From: Microthyrium microscopicum
Taxonomy: Eukaryota
Assembly: GCA_010405405.1 (NCBI GenBank)
Contig: MU004230.1
Span: forward strand, 3,707,119 to 3,771,118
Direction of reading: 5' to 3'
DNA length: 64,000 nt
Within the stretch, counting starts at the first letter, position 1, and each line of letters begins with the position of its first letter. The notes under the pieces were generated by a model. It had not been told where the DNA came from, made no database searches, and was given only the letters and a program-made list of their open reading frames with translations. Both the position numbers and the translations under genes were made by a program. This document shows, in pieces, positions 37,601 to 50,355 of this stretch.

Positions 37601-38636
37601 CAGATGAAGCAGAAGCCTTCTGTACATCAGCGAAGATGGAGTTTTGGACAGACACCCAGTCGACAGGCTCAAGCATGATCATTTCCAAAATGTCACTGAT
37701 TATAGCGCCTGCGTTCTGCATTAGTTTGTGAATAATCAACAATCAAAAGTTGTGCTTACCAAGTGGTTTTGTGTCTTTGTAGTTAATTTGTTTGCCATCA
37801 ATCGTGGATAGTAAAGGAGCAGCAGAAGTAATAGATGTCGACATTGAGGGACATCGCTGCATAAGATCTTCATATATGTTTTGCTTGAGAGGAGCTAGTT
37901 CATCGCGAACATGGTAGAGGGAAAGCACGTTGGTCGATCGTGTGCGGCACTCGGAGGGAACGTGTTTGGAAATGAATTCCTGGAGCTTTTCACCAGTCCC
38001 ACTCAGGGTCACACAGTTCGGCGAATTGATAGCAGTCACGAAGACTGTTTGATCAGACGTCGATGTCGAGGCAGCAATGATGTCTTCAGCACGCTTGGCT
38101 GTAATACCATCAATGACAATGCTCCATGGGCTGCTTGGAATACAGGCGTGGTGGCTCAAGTAAGATTTGCGATAACTTTCGCTGCGGATGCCGAGCCAGA
38201 CGGCAACGTAGAACAGGTCTTGAGCTCTCGAGAGGAGTTCAATCGAATTGCGAGAGGTCGAAACCACGGTGGCAGGGAGGAGTCCAGCGCAAAAGCCAGC
38301 GGCTTCGAGTAATTGGCCATGTTGTTGTGATTGGCCGAGGTATCTTAGGATCTGAGAGAGATAAAGGGTTGAGTGTTGTACCAGCACGTTTTGATAATAG
38401 CATTCCTTGGGGGCGAGGAGTTTTGAGGGAGTATCGAAATCCCGGAGGTCGACATCATGAGAGAGAATGCCGGACTGGATGGCATGGGAGATTTCAGTGT
38501 GGAAGATGTTATGGCAAGCTTGTAAGAGAAGTTGGGACTCTGGCAGCAAGGCATCGCGAGCTGAAGCGTCTAGAGATAGCTTGGAGAAGAGAACATCGGA
38601 GCCAAGGCCGGCAAAGACAGGGACGTGAAAAGACAT
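31672..38636 (-). CDS. non-reducing iterative type I PKS, SAT-KS-AT-PT-ACP-ACP-TE (orsellinic acid synthase-like)
   Basis: [54 protein letters not shown] and DVLLH; ACPs LGFDSL and LGIDSL; TE GWSFGG and PGNHF; no KR, ER or CMeT; about 9 introns. Confidence 0.95.
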
Positions 38637-39655
38637 GGTTCAAATCATTGGATGTAGCAGGCTGAGCTTTGTGCCTGTACCAATAGACAATCTGATGGGA
38701 GAATAAGGCTGGATTAAGACTTCAACTAGAATGTTATTATACTACCTACCTAGCATACATATGTAGCCGCAAAGGTTTGATACTTGCCGACAAGCATACC
38801 GAGTAAGCGCTGGCTTAGCTCAAAGGCATACCATAGTCACTTAGGAGACATTTGCGCTCTTGACAGCGCAAAAGGAACGATATAGAGAATTGCCTAAGAC
38901 GGTTAGATCGAGATCATCCTCAGTCGGGAGAGATCGATTGTGGCGAGAGACATGTTAGCACGCCGTTAAGGCGTTCCCCAAGGAGAAATAGTCCGGGAAG
39001 GTTTGGAATCCTTCTGATCCGTCGCGACGGGCCGGGCCTAACCACGTTGACGTTCAATTTCCATGAAGCTCAACTAACTGATAGGTGGGTGCGGCGTTCT
39101 GCATTTCGGCCTGCTCGAGCTGCGACGATGCGGCCTGATGTCATTTTGCTGGACTGAGATTAGTAATTGCTCGATTCAGACTCCTTGTGGACTCAGTCGT
39201 CTAATTCGGAAGCAGATGGTGATAGAAAGGTACGATATACAGTGAATCATGAAGTTAGGAGGTTGATGTTGTTTAGCCTCCTCCCACGCTACGAATGTGG
39301 GGGTTCCAGGGGGAAGGGGTAGTGACGTCCTGCCATCTTCCCTGGCCTAATTTCCTCCCATCTCCCTACTTTCTCTTGATTTATCGTGTTATTACCTGCG
39401 TATGGACATGAAGATATCGACAGAGCAAAAGCAAAAGCCATATGTCTCTCCAGTTGCTATAGATAGTTCTGAAGTGCTTGGCGCCTCCACTGTCAAATGC
39501 GGCCGTTGTCGGGCCTAGCCTTAACTACTAATAGTGAATTCTATGCACGTTCGAGTCATCTTGTCAAGGTCGGGTAGGGCGCGCCATGATGCGACCATTG
39601 ATACTGCCAATTGTTGCAATGGCTGGAACTTGAACTACAAAAATTCACCGCAAAG

Positions 39656-41369
39656 ATGAGTGTTCAAACGGTAACAGAAAGCGATGTCTACGAACTTCAA
39701 GATATTAGTGCTCATCGAGGCTATTCGAGAGCCAATATCGATGGACCATCGACCCCTGGAAATGAGATACAAAGAAGTAGACGCAGTCTCTCCTACGCAG
39801 AAGGCGACAATGCGGTACTTAATTCTACCTCGACGGCCAATTCTCAGCGAGCGATTGGTGACACCACGCCAACTAACTCAAAGAGGGCGATCTTGATTAT
39901 ACTCCAACTCGCCATGATCACTTCATTGAGCTCACTGTCCTCTGGTATCATTACCGTTGGCCTGCCGCAGATAGCCAAAGACGTGAATCTTGAAGAAAGG
40001 CTATACTTGTGGCCATCGTCTGTCTTTTCCCTGACAGCGGGTAGTACACTCCTGTTAGCTGGCGCTGTCGCTGATATCGTGGATACACGATTGATGGAAC
40101 TTACAGGGTGCACTTTACTCGGGATCTTCACTCTAGCACTTGGATTCAGCCAAACTGGTATCCAGCTTGTCGTCTTTCGAGCTTTGCAAGGCATCGCAAT
40201 AGCTATACACTGGCCGTGTAGCGTTTCGTTGGTAGCTCAATACATACCAAATGGAAAAGCCAGGAATATTGGATTCGCTTGTCTCGGACTGGCTATGCCA
40301 CTAGGATTCTCCGTAGGACTACTCCTCGGCGGCTTTCTTGTCGACTCGATTGGCTGGAGAGTGGGTTTCTACATCACTGGTGCCATTATGCTCGTGCAGT
40401 CGTTCACTGGGTATAGAATCGTCCCGGCAGGACCCAAAGCTCACAATATCATGTCTAGGCTCTTGAAAGAGCTTGATTGGATCGGCGCCATGATTGCCTG
40501 TTCAAGTCTTGCCATGTTCTCATATGTGCTTGCGATCTTGAGCGCAGACAGCGACAATATACGAGAGCCTTCCGCCATTACAATGCTAGTCTTCAGCACT
40601 GTGCTCATGATCAGCTTCCCAGTATGGATGAGATTTCAGGAAGGTAGAGGTCGGCCTGCTTTGGTTCCAAATAAGCTATGGAGGAATCTGCCCTTTACCT
40701 CCATTTGCGTCATGACAATTTTGACAACCGGTGTGCAAAATGCAAACGAACTATTTTCAAGCTTGTAGTAAGTTCGAAATAATGAAAATAACATCAAAGT
40801 ACCTACTAAACAATCGCAGCTTCCAAGAGGTACAAGAGCTCTCTGCTCTTCAAGCATCTCTTCGACTCATGCCTTCAACTGTCATCGCTATTTTCTTGAA
40901 CTTCACAACAGGTTCTCTCATCCATCGGACTCCAGTGTTTTGGCTTATGCTGATTTCCACTATCTTAACCGCTGGCTCTCCACTTCTCATGGCATTGATC
41001 AATCCAGCATGGTCGTACTGGAAAGGTGCATTCTTCGCCCAGTCACTTGCACCACTTGGTGGCGACATATTATTCACTGTCGGCTTACTTATTGTGAGTG
41101 AAGGCTTTCCAGACAAAACACAGGCACTTGCTGGCGCGGTCTACAGTACACTGTCCTTTTTGGGCGTCTCCCTGGGCACCAATCTAATGCAGGTTGTCTC
41201 ACTCTTGGTTACCAAAGGAACGCAATATCGGGACAAGTCTTCACCAGGCGCGCTCCTGCAAGGTTATCAAGCTAGCTTTTGGGCTATGTTTGCACTCACT
41301 ATGGCTTGCTTAGTGATCTGCTTTTGTGGTCTTCGAAATGTTGGGAAGATAGGTCTGAAGCGAGAGTGA
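39656..41369 (+). CDS. MFS efflux transporter (14-TM, DHA2/aminotriazole-resistance-like)
   Basis: ITVGLPQIAKD, LLLAGAVAD, FRALQGI, GWRVGFY, LDWIGA; intron 40765-40819; divergent from the PKS. Confidence 0.9.
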
Positions 41370-41911
41370 AATCAAGTCGACAGCATCACAAGAGTAGGAA
41401 CTCGCATTGTCCTGAGCTTTGCCTCTGAGACCTTCAAAAATTTGCTTTTCGCTAAAGTCTAAGACGCAAAATACTGCGCTTAGCAGTGTGATCAAGCATG
41501 TCAGCCGGCACGTAAGGCTCGAACATTTCAGAGCGCACCATCAAAGCTATAGACAAAATCGGTCTGTCCTTGTTTTGCCGTCTCCTTGACCTAGTGAAAC
41601 TTGTTACGTCCAGTTCATCAGTATTTCTACAATCCAACACTCGACATCCACTTCAGCATTTCTAATTGTTCACGCGTGGTGCACACTTCAAATTTCACCT
41701 GTATATGATCACTCCATGAGTAATAGAAGTATGCGTAAATCGCGAACTTGGAACGACAAATAAGTCACTTCCTGAAAAGTGAAGTGTTGAATCTCATCCA
41801 TCTCCCTACATAAGCTGGTTTATTTAGTCGAACTCCTACTTTCAACGCTCTCCTCCCTCCCTCCACTAAAGCCTTAACTTAAGAATATCTCATCAGAATT
41901 CAGGATCCACC

Positions 41912-42600
41912 ATGACCGACACAGCTGCGCCAAAGAAGGGCAAAGCTCCAATCAACCCGGTAGAAGAAGAAGAAGATACTGAAGAACCTTTCGACATTAC
42001 ATCTCTATATCCTCCTCGGAAAGCTACCCCGGAGCCATTTCGAACAGTAAGATTTCGGCAGCTCTTAGTACAAACACTCGCTGAGCACTTACAGTTTGGC
42101 CCTCTTGATCACAGCTATATCCCAGGCACCATGGTCCCCGCTGAACTTTCGAAGCTTCGAACACAAGCACTTGAAGCCATGAAAGCAGCGTGCGAAGAGT
42201 GGGAACACGAGACCTGGATGGAAAAAGATGTTTTCAAAGGGAGCAGGCTCGGCATCTTTGAAGAGTGCAAGCGCCTCAAGAAAGCTCATGTAAGTATAGT
42301 ATCATGCTATGAGCTTATAATGGGCTAATGAAAAATTCACAGAAAGACATCACCGGTCCAGTTGATTCGTCAAACTCACAAGAGAAACGTATGAGTAAAC
42401 GTATGTATGCTGAGATTCGTGCAGCCGAAAATTGCGCGGGAGTCATGCGTCATCATGTCTATCAAAAACAAGAAGTCGCACAAGACGCGCAAGACGAGTT
42501 GCCTTCCGAGTGGGATCCAGAATTCGACGTATTGTGGAATACGCTTTTTGACTACTGGGCGGAGCAGCGGCGGTTGGAGGTCGCGAAACCGACGAGCTAG
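41912..42600 (+). CDS. hypothetical protein
   Basis: ATG in good context (ccaccATG); intron ~42290-42341 (gtaagt..ctaat..cag) joins two ORFs in frame. Confidence 0.65.
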
Positions 42601-42805
42601 TCACAAGGGATGAGTCTGGAATCAAATATCCTAGGCAGGTGACAGAACAAGAGATTGGTTAGTGAAGGATGATGTATTGGTTCCGAAATGCTGCTTCTGA
42701 TACGGATGCTTGAGACGAAGTCTGTAGTGTACACTAAGTTTTAAGTGTTACGAGTTGCCATAAGACGAAAGTACGCCTCAGTAAGGCAAATCGAAACACA
42801 AATTA

Positions 42806-44100
42806 CTATAATGCAGTATCGATGAATGTGCTCAACTGTGACAGCGTGATCCACAATGCCTCCTCAGTTCTGATGGTTCGACTTCCTTGGTTCGGGCAAA
42901 CATTAACAAAGAAATCGAACAAATCTCCGACATTGGATCTCGTGATACCTTTGCCGGACAGATCTGGATCTGCTTCAACTGCGACTTCTAATCCAGCAAC
43001 TCCTCCAAATACAAGCAAGACATGTGATGCTTCTGAAGGTAAAGAGCTGGAACTATCCTTGTCAAGTATATCTGCAAGTTTCTGGCCTCGTTCCGACGTG
43101 CCAATGCAAACATCATATCCGCCCTCAAATGGACATTCAGTGAACACGGAACTCAAACGGGATACGCAGCGCACTTGGTAGCCCCAGTAATAGCCGCCTT
43201 CGACTCGCGGGAGGGACGAGTCTACTTGTGTTCCGGTCACTTGAGGTTCACTGTATTCATCAACGACTCCTTCCTGCGCAGAGTAATATGGAAAGTCCTT
43301 TGGTTTTTGTGCGGAATCGAATTTAATTGTGACTCTTGTGTAAGGTGCGATATCTCCAGGTACTGACACTGCGAATCCGGCATCTACTAAAGTTGAGGTG
43401 TTGGATTTTGCTTGCGACTGGCTGGGTTTTTGTCTCTTATATGAGCTTGTATGGTCACTTTGCGATTGAATTGGGCCAAATGCGACCCCTTCACGGTATT
43501 GGCACCATTCATCTGGTTTCAAGTGATGTGGGAGATCTAATGATTGTAGGAGTCCACTTTTTCCCAGATCCGGAGTAAACTCGAATAGGTCCTTCCGGAG
43601 GTAGGGAGGGCATTCCGAGTACTTGAGTAATAGTTCCAGCAGTTCATCCGCATTACGCATTTGGGCTTGATCATCATTCCTGTTTTGATATCCGCTGTTG
43701 AATCCATTGGGTCTCCGATTTTGGGATCGTTCACGGGTCATCTCATTTTGGCCATCGTTGAAGATTACGATTTCGTCCACGCAGAATACGGAAGCTGCCC
43801 TTGCGATTCGTCCGGCAAGAATGGTCTTGAGATCAAGGCCGGGCGCACTGTAGGGAATGAGTAACAAGCATTACCTCATGATTGTTCACATACTTTGCAA
43901 TGATGCTTCCGGGTATAGCAATGCTTAATGTACCCTTCCGTCCTTGCTCTTTCCTTCGAAAGACATTGGTTGGTTTCGATGTGTCTGTAGCTTGCTGATG
44001 GAGCACCACAGCAGCACGTTTCCGCTTCTATACTGCTTGTCAGTGAATGCGAATAGCCTTTCCACCAAGAATCAACTACCTTGGAATTTTCAAAAGCCAT
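42806..44100 (-). CDS. SPOUT1: SPOUT-class RNA methyltransferase (C9orf114/SPOUT1 family)
   Basis: TLSIAIPGSII, IARAASVFCVDEIVIF, ECPPYLRK, GYYWGY, IGTSERG, PNQGSRTIRTEEA; 2 introns, start MAFENSKKRKR. Confidence 0.88.
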
Positions 44101-44306
44101 AATGGAGGGGTTTGATAGTTGGCTTGTGTACACAAAAAAGTTATTTTTGTCTCTTCAGGATATATCGCCCCCCTTCGAGTCTCTTCATCCCGGCCCGTTG
44201 CATTGCCGCGCGTGTGACTGAGCCACTTAGTAGCCGCGATCCTCCTTGATCCCAACTTCATCTTATTCCCTCTTGAATAGAGTGAATAGAACAAAATCAT
44301 ACAACT

Positions 44307-44747
44307 ATGTCTTCATCAAATCAATCTACAATGGAAGAAACGATAACTAAACCAGTCGACGAAAAGGCACGTCCACAAGAGACAAGGAAGACCACTACTA
44401 ACGTCGTACAGCACCCCATCGACCATGAAGATACCAACTTAGAACCCTCCGAACCTCCATCTTCACTAAGAGATTCCTGCGTCCGCTTCTTCGTCCTCTA
44501 CTTCACAACACTCTTCTCCCTCGACACCATCACAGCCGCCGCAAACTCGCCCTTCAGCCAACCTGACCACGACTCATCCGCCCGCGCCACGATACGCGCA
44601 GCTCGACGAGTAGACTGGGGAGAAGGTGCTCGAGTGGGCATGAGACTTGATCCTGGCGGGCCCGCGAGGCGGAACGGTGGTATTAGAGGAGGAGGAAATA
44701 TAGACGTACCTACATGTGCAGCTTGCGCTATACCTCGGGTTAGCTAG
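44307..44747 (+). CDS. small membrane protein, possibly SelK/SelG-like
   Basis: Single TM FFVLYFTTLFSLD, Gly/Arg/Pro-rich tail and C-terminal CAAC; family call from recalled pattern only. Confidence 0.55.
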   Translation: MSSSNQSTMEETITKPVDEKARPQETRKTTTNVVQHPIDHEDTNLEPSEPPSSLRDSCVRFFVLYFTTLFSLDTITAAANSPFSQPDHDSSARATIRAARRVDWGEGARVGMRLDPGGPARRNGGIRGGGNIDVPTCAACAIPRVS

Positions 44748-44844
44748 GCGGTCAAAGGGGACGTGGATGTATGATTATGGAACAATTTTGGAACAACTTT
44801 GGCGCGGGCGTTTTGATTCATCTATGGAAGGTTTGGGTATAATG

Positions 44845-47032
44845 CTAAATTAAAGATCCAGAGCTGGTAATATGCTCTGCCGCGGTTGCTGCGATTTCTC
44901 TCATCTCGTCTTTCATCTTTGTTGTGACTTTGCCTGCTTTGACTGCATCTTTCAACAGCTCGAGACGAGCGGCTGTCTCTTCGGTTATGGAAGGTTTCAG
45001 TTGTTTGAGGAGTTTTGGCGCAGACTTTCCCAGCGCATATAAGACTCCTTCATGTGATGATGCTTGAAGGACAATGATGGTGCTCAGAAACAGGCGTGGT
45101 GGATCCTGATCTTTTTGTATCACTCTCACCATGTCCTGTATTTGCGCCTTTTTCTTCTCTTGTAGCTCCGTCTCCGTGAAGTCTGGGATGCCGATCTTTC
45201 TGTTGAATGTTTCCAAGACGTCAAGAAGGCCTCGTAATGAATCGCTCTCCTCTTTTGCTGCGTGGAGCTTGGGTAACCGCGATGACAATTTAAGTTGGGT
45301 GCTTCTTATCAAATGCTTCTTCTTTGCTCGTGCTATGACTCCAGGCAGAAGCTCTGTCGCTATATGTGACCGAAGTACATCCTCCAGTTGTGTTTTTAGG
45401 GCCTCGTCCTTAAGGCTGTCAAGGCCTTGAACGTAAATTCTCGATTTGTCGACAACACGGCTAGTCCACAATGCCACAAACTGCTCATCGCAATCTGTTT
45501 CGAGGCTCTCCAGCCGAGTTGCAAAGGCTTCTTGCATAGCAGAGGAAAGGGACGGAGGTGTTTGTTTCCAGATAGTGTCCACGAGTTTGGGATCTGAAAT
45601 GAGCTTTGCGACCACAAGATCTCGCAGCCTGGTTTTGAGGGCAGAAGTTTTTGGCTTGAGTTGGGTGTCTTGCTCCCAGGTTTGATCCGCAAGATCAGAG
45701 GCTAGCTTGATGGCTTCGACTTCGATACGGGCCGTCCATTGACAATTCACAGCATAGTCCTCAAGAACTGATACTTGGTCTCCCTCTTGCTGAGTCAATC
45801 TGACTTTTAGGAGATCCAAAACGTCTGGTCTCAGAGCTTCAGGGAGTTCGGCAAGTACAGGCTATGATTACTTAGAAAATGCTATGGACAAAAAGGTCAA
45901 GGCTTACTTACTGGTATTGCCACAGCACCTTCTGACGACGAAGAGCGGATGAAGGCCACTTTCGAGTCTAAAAACTTGTTGCTGACAGCATAGCCAGAAA
46001 CTATCGAGATTCTGGGGTCATCTTGGCCTGAGGATATGGTGGAGCCATTGCTTGTAGCTTGATTTTGACCTGGCGATTTCGACAATTCCAGATACGAGTC
46101 GTCTCCACTAGCAACGCGCTCCAGGAGTTGACTTCTCATCTGCTCTGTGTAAGAGTCCGGCACAAAATGCAAGTCATTTCGTTGTATGCTGAAAGTTCCA
46201 TGAATGCTTTCCTTTTCCACAACTGGCTGGAGTATGAGCAAGCAGGTCTCAGGAGAAAGGCCACGAAATTTGTCCTTGGCTATCGTTATTTTCCTTAAAT
46301 ATGTTAGTGACTCGAAAGTATATGTACCACTCAGAACTTGCCGGTTATTTTGCTGCGCATCGCGGAGTTGAGCAGTGAGGTCGGACTCTAGGTTTTGGCG
46401 CAAAGTAGTGGTGAAATAGAACAGACCAAGAGGTTTTGCGCCAAAGTCGCTGGAATTTATGTCGTTGGATAACCTATCGCCCTTATGACGTGCAAGAATC
46501 GTCTCCAAGGTCCTTAAGTTGATGTTCTCTGATGCACTGAAGTCCGTTGCTGACACAAATGCTGATCCAGCTTTGCCCTGCAGTGATTCTATGACTCTCG
46601 CCTGTTCATTTCTGGTTTTCATCAGTGCGTGTGATGTGCAAATGGCGCCACAACTAACAGAGTGAGAAGATCGCTCTCATCGCTTGAATGAACGACCCAG
46701 TCTTGCGATTCAAGAAGCTTTCGGACAGTTTGTGGATCGAGATCAAAGCGGTCTCCCAGCGAGACATACGACAAACGTCCACTCTCTGACAAAAGTTAGT
46801 TCATATCACAAAGTTCACATCTGTACCAACCTGTATCGAGGAGTTGTTTGGCTCCCTGTACAACGCTTGCGGCCTGAAGAAGTCCATCTTTACTTTTGCT
46901 TGGAATCAGGTCATGACCCGCTCCATGTTTGCCGGTGTCTAGGGCAAATCTTTCAAGCAAGTCTTTGAGATCCTCATCAACAAATAATTCTGATTGCTTC
47001 CCAGCAGCTGATCCGGACAGGATATTAAACAT
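44845..47032 (-). CDS. conserved hypothetical protein, apparent UFL1 (E3 UFM1 ligase)-like winged-helix repeat protein
   Basis: Four exons join in frame (introns ~46786-46830, ~46613-46659, ~45862-45910); segments GRLSYVSLGDRFDLD, SRIYVQGLDSLKDEALKTQL and LYALGKSAPKLLKQLK resemble UFL1. Gene existence is well supported, identity tentative. Confidence 0.55.
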
Positions 47033-47309
47033 CGTCACTCATAGCATGTCAGTGCCGCCTTCTCCGTGTTTGTGGTTTCGAGGATTATGAGCAGTTATCG
47101 AAGGATTATTCCAAAAGAATGGATTTGGCAAATATATGATAGCGACCTTGGGAGAGTGACTGTGATTGAGCCAGAAAGTGGTGAACAAATATGTAGGTCA
47201 TGTGACAAGACTTTTGGTGATGATTTTTGGACCTCAAGACTTCAACCTCCGAAGTTGCTACAAAACCACAAGTTTGCGCAAGCCCATCCAGTGCACAGAA
47301 TTCGCCACT

Positions 47310-47777
47310 ATGCCAGTTCAATTCCGCGCGAAAAAACTCGATATCGGCAGTTTCATCAATAAATGGGTCATTCGAGACCACACGAAACGGAAGGTCTACA
47401 AGGAGTATGAACCTGAAAGGTCCGTTGCGCTCTCAACTCAAGCACTTCAATTGTCCACTATCCTCTCAATCTAACACATGGGAACATAGACAAGCACTTC
47501 GATATATCATACGCAATACTTCCCTACCCATGCGAACACGCGCCCAAGCACAATTAGAGCTCAGTCAGATGCACTGCTACACACGATCTACACAAATAAA
47601 CAATCGATGTTTGCTGGGTGGCAGAGGAAAAGGTGTTTTCAGAGCTTTCAGACTTGCTAGAGTGGGTACACTTGCTGACAATTGGGCTATTGAGTTGCTA
47701 ACTGGGTTTTGCAGTTTCAATTTCGAATGAATGCGTTGAAAGGCAATCTGCCTGGTGTAAGGAAAGCCAGCTGGTAG
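47310..47777 (+). CDS. MRP2: mitochondrial small-subunit ribosomal protein uS14m
   Basis: [66 protein letters not shown]; 2 introns. Confidence 0.93.
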
Positions 47778-48358
47778 TTGGTCCGTTTTGGATACCAGGT
47801 TATCGAGATAACCGCTGTACAAATAATGCATCATATGGAGTATTGGGAGCGTGGCATGATACAACGAGACATCATAGCCTTGATGTCGGGAGATTCAGCA
47901 TTTGTCAAAAATGAATAATTGAGTAGAACATTCGGAATCGAGCTGTGCCACTCAGCTTGTTATCGATCATTCGTGAGTGACGTTGTTTAGAATAAGAAAG
48001 AGCCTGGCTATCAGCAACTTCTTTATCGGAACTCAAGAACGCTTTCATTGGAAAGAGCATGCGTGTTGACACCAGAACTGAAATTCCTACCGGCTGTTCT
48101 GCGACCTCGCGAACTACCTCCGTAGGTAGGTAGTGCGTGATCAAGTCAGCGATTGAAGCAATGAAGATTTGGGCTCAACATTTCGGCTCAGCAAATTAAA
48201 TTAGGTAGTGTGATGCTGGCAGCCGCGTTCCTTCCGCATCATTGCAAACCTCTTCGTCACACCAGGTATTTAAATCCTGCCACCCTCCCTTCAATCAACT
48301 TTCCGCAACATCTTCTCCTCTTACAACCTGCACGAAACTAACCAACACACTCAACAAC

Positions 48359-49704
48359 ATGTTTCGCGTACTCCGTGGAGGCCTCTGCCTAGAATCAGAG
48401 TTCCCCGAAACTCTCCAAGGGCTTGGTTATGCCATCAACAAGAAAAATTTCCTGCGACCAGTTGACTCCATCACAAAACAAATAGAGCCAGAAGGCTTTT
48501 TCAAGTACAAAATTTCCAACAACGACAGATTCAATGATCGACACAAATTGAACTTCAACAGTAGGTCCATGCATTGTTCCACGCAGACGTCACCCTAACT
48601 TGCTCTAGGAGCCGTTCGTAAAGAAGTCGTGCAACAAATCGCAGAGAGTGGTCTCCTCGAACCACTGTACTTGCTAGGCAAGCCAGGCCTGACAACCACA
48701 AAGCCCCGCAAAGACACGCCCTTCGTGCCTATCTACTGTTCACCAAAGAAGAAGCTCCTTGCGGCCAAGCGAGTTGTTGTCATTGTCCAAGGCTCCGATG
48801 ACCAGTGGCTTTGGTGGGCTTGGAATGATATCGAGGGTGCCAAAAGTCTTACGGACTCGAGCGTTCTTGGCATCGCCGAAGAGCTTGAGAAGTACCCAGA
48901 TGTGGCCCTTGTGATGCTCAATCCGTGTCAGCTGCGTTACTCGTACAAGTCTCAACAGCCATGCAGTTTCGAAGACTGGGAAGGTCAGATCAGAGAGACT
49001 ACCAGTCACTCGTCTGCCACGGTCTTGGACAAGAATTTGATTGCTGGCCACGAAACTCCAAAGAAACATCTGGAATACATGTTCAACCACTTCATCAACA
49101 ATCCAGAGTACATCAATCCCAAGGCCAAGATCGACATCATCGGAGTGAACAGCGGCACTGACCTAGTTTGCCAATTTCTTAACAAGAATTGTAAGTCTTC
49201 TGTTGCTACATTGACACTTAAAGCCGCTTCTGACGGATCGTAGGGAATGACTACACGCCTGCATACGCTCGACTCTCCGCAGTGGCGATGGCCAACTTCT
49301 ACACGCCATACCCTCTCGATAAACCAGAGTGTGCCAAGTATCTTGGTAGGAAGGGAAGAGCATGGAACAAGACAGAATTCGCCAAAGACGAGATACAGGC
49401 TGTTCCTTGGGATGATCCGAAAAACAAGGATGTTGGTGAAGTTTTGTCTACAATAATCTCTCTTGGGCCCGAACTGAAAGAATCTCAATCAGCATTCGCC
49501 GAAGCTTACAAAGACATGCTGAAGTGGTTGAATAAGGTTGCACAAAATCCCAACTATGACGACTGGGAGAAATCCGAGCTCCAACCAAAGATGACGCGTA
49601 AAGGTGAGGCGGCGAAGGAGGCAGCGGAGCAGAAGGTCCGGGACGAGGAGAACGATGCAGCGGCAGCGGCAGAATGGAAAGTGTGCGATGATAAGAAGAC
49701 GTGA
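48359..49704 (+). CDS. Arb2/FAM172-domain protein (alpha/beta-hydrolase-like fold)
   Basis: MFR..FPETLQGLGYAIN..FFKYKISNNDRFN, VPIYCS..AKRVVVIV, MLNPCQL, IAGHETPKKHLEYMF; 2 introns. Confidence 0.7.
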
Positions 49705-50355
49705 AGGGTGTCTTGGCGTGAGATCAAAGATTGCTTCTCGGTCTTTTTACTTCTGATTCATGGGCGCGGATATGAGCAGAGCAACAGACAGCTCAGCGAG
49801 TTCCATGTTACAAAGAGCACATTTTGGGGATCGGGATGCTAGTTAGTCAATGTTGACTTTGGACTTTGTGCATAGCAAACACTACGGGTTAGTCATCAGA
49901 ATGAATTGCTTCTGTTTGCTGAGAAGGTGTCGCTGTGACCTAAGAATGGTTGGGCCGTCTTTGTACTAACCGTCCCGTCCACCATATCCTGATCGATATC
50001 AATATCTCATGTCACTGGGAGTAATAAAAATGGGGCTGTCGATGTCTGGTTGATATTGAGGCTAAAAGTTAGCTGACCCCCCTGTTGTAACTGCAACTCC
50101 ATCTTAAGTCTCCACCATCAACGTCAGCCCTGCTTGTGCTTCCTTCAAACGAGCGCCATCTTTCCTCTCTACCCCTCCTCAACCCTCTCCACTCAACGCT
50201 TTATTGATATTCTTCCCTGAACCGTGAGAGCTTCATACACACCCGTCGCAGCATGAATCTCCGGTCGTTCCGCCCTCGAACGTAGCTCCTTTGGCTTCAA
50301 GTTCACTCATACAATTCTCATCGCATTCGCGCAACTCAATCCTCAATCCCTCGCC

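Larger units (their letters stand above)
12923..41369. other. non-reducing polyketide biosynthetic gene cluster (10 genes)
   Basis: Contiguous NR-PKS, Zn2Cys6 TF, FAD monooxygenase, two laccases, 2OG dioxygenase, SnoaL-like PRP, nitroreductase and two MFS genes; flanked by the RIP block on the left and housekeeping genes on the right. Confidence 0.85.

Noticed and set aside
31672..38636. DHN-melanin PKS cluster
   Set aside because: Same domain order, but no scytalone dehydratase or THN reductase nearby, and the SAT/TE resemble orsellinate synthases.
12923..38636. Tropolone (TropA/B/C) or terrein pathway
   Set aside because: The PKS lacks the C-methyltransferase and reductive release domain of TropA, and no TerB-like reducing PKS is present.
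38637..39655. Shared Zn2Cys6 CGG binding motif in cluster promoters
   Set aside because: CGG/CCG triplets occur, but I found no consistent spacing across promoters by eye; needs MEME.
1..41369. Starship giant transposon carrying the cluster
   Set aside because: No DUF3435 tyrosine-recombinase captain or defined ends are recognisable in the window; one could lie outside it or be RIP-erased.
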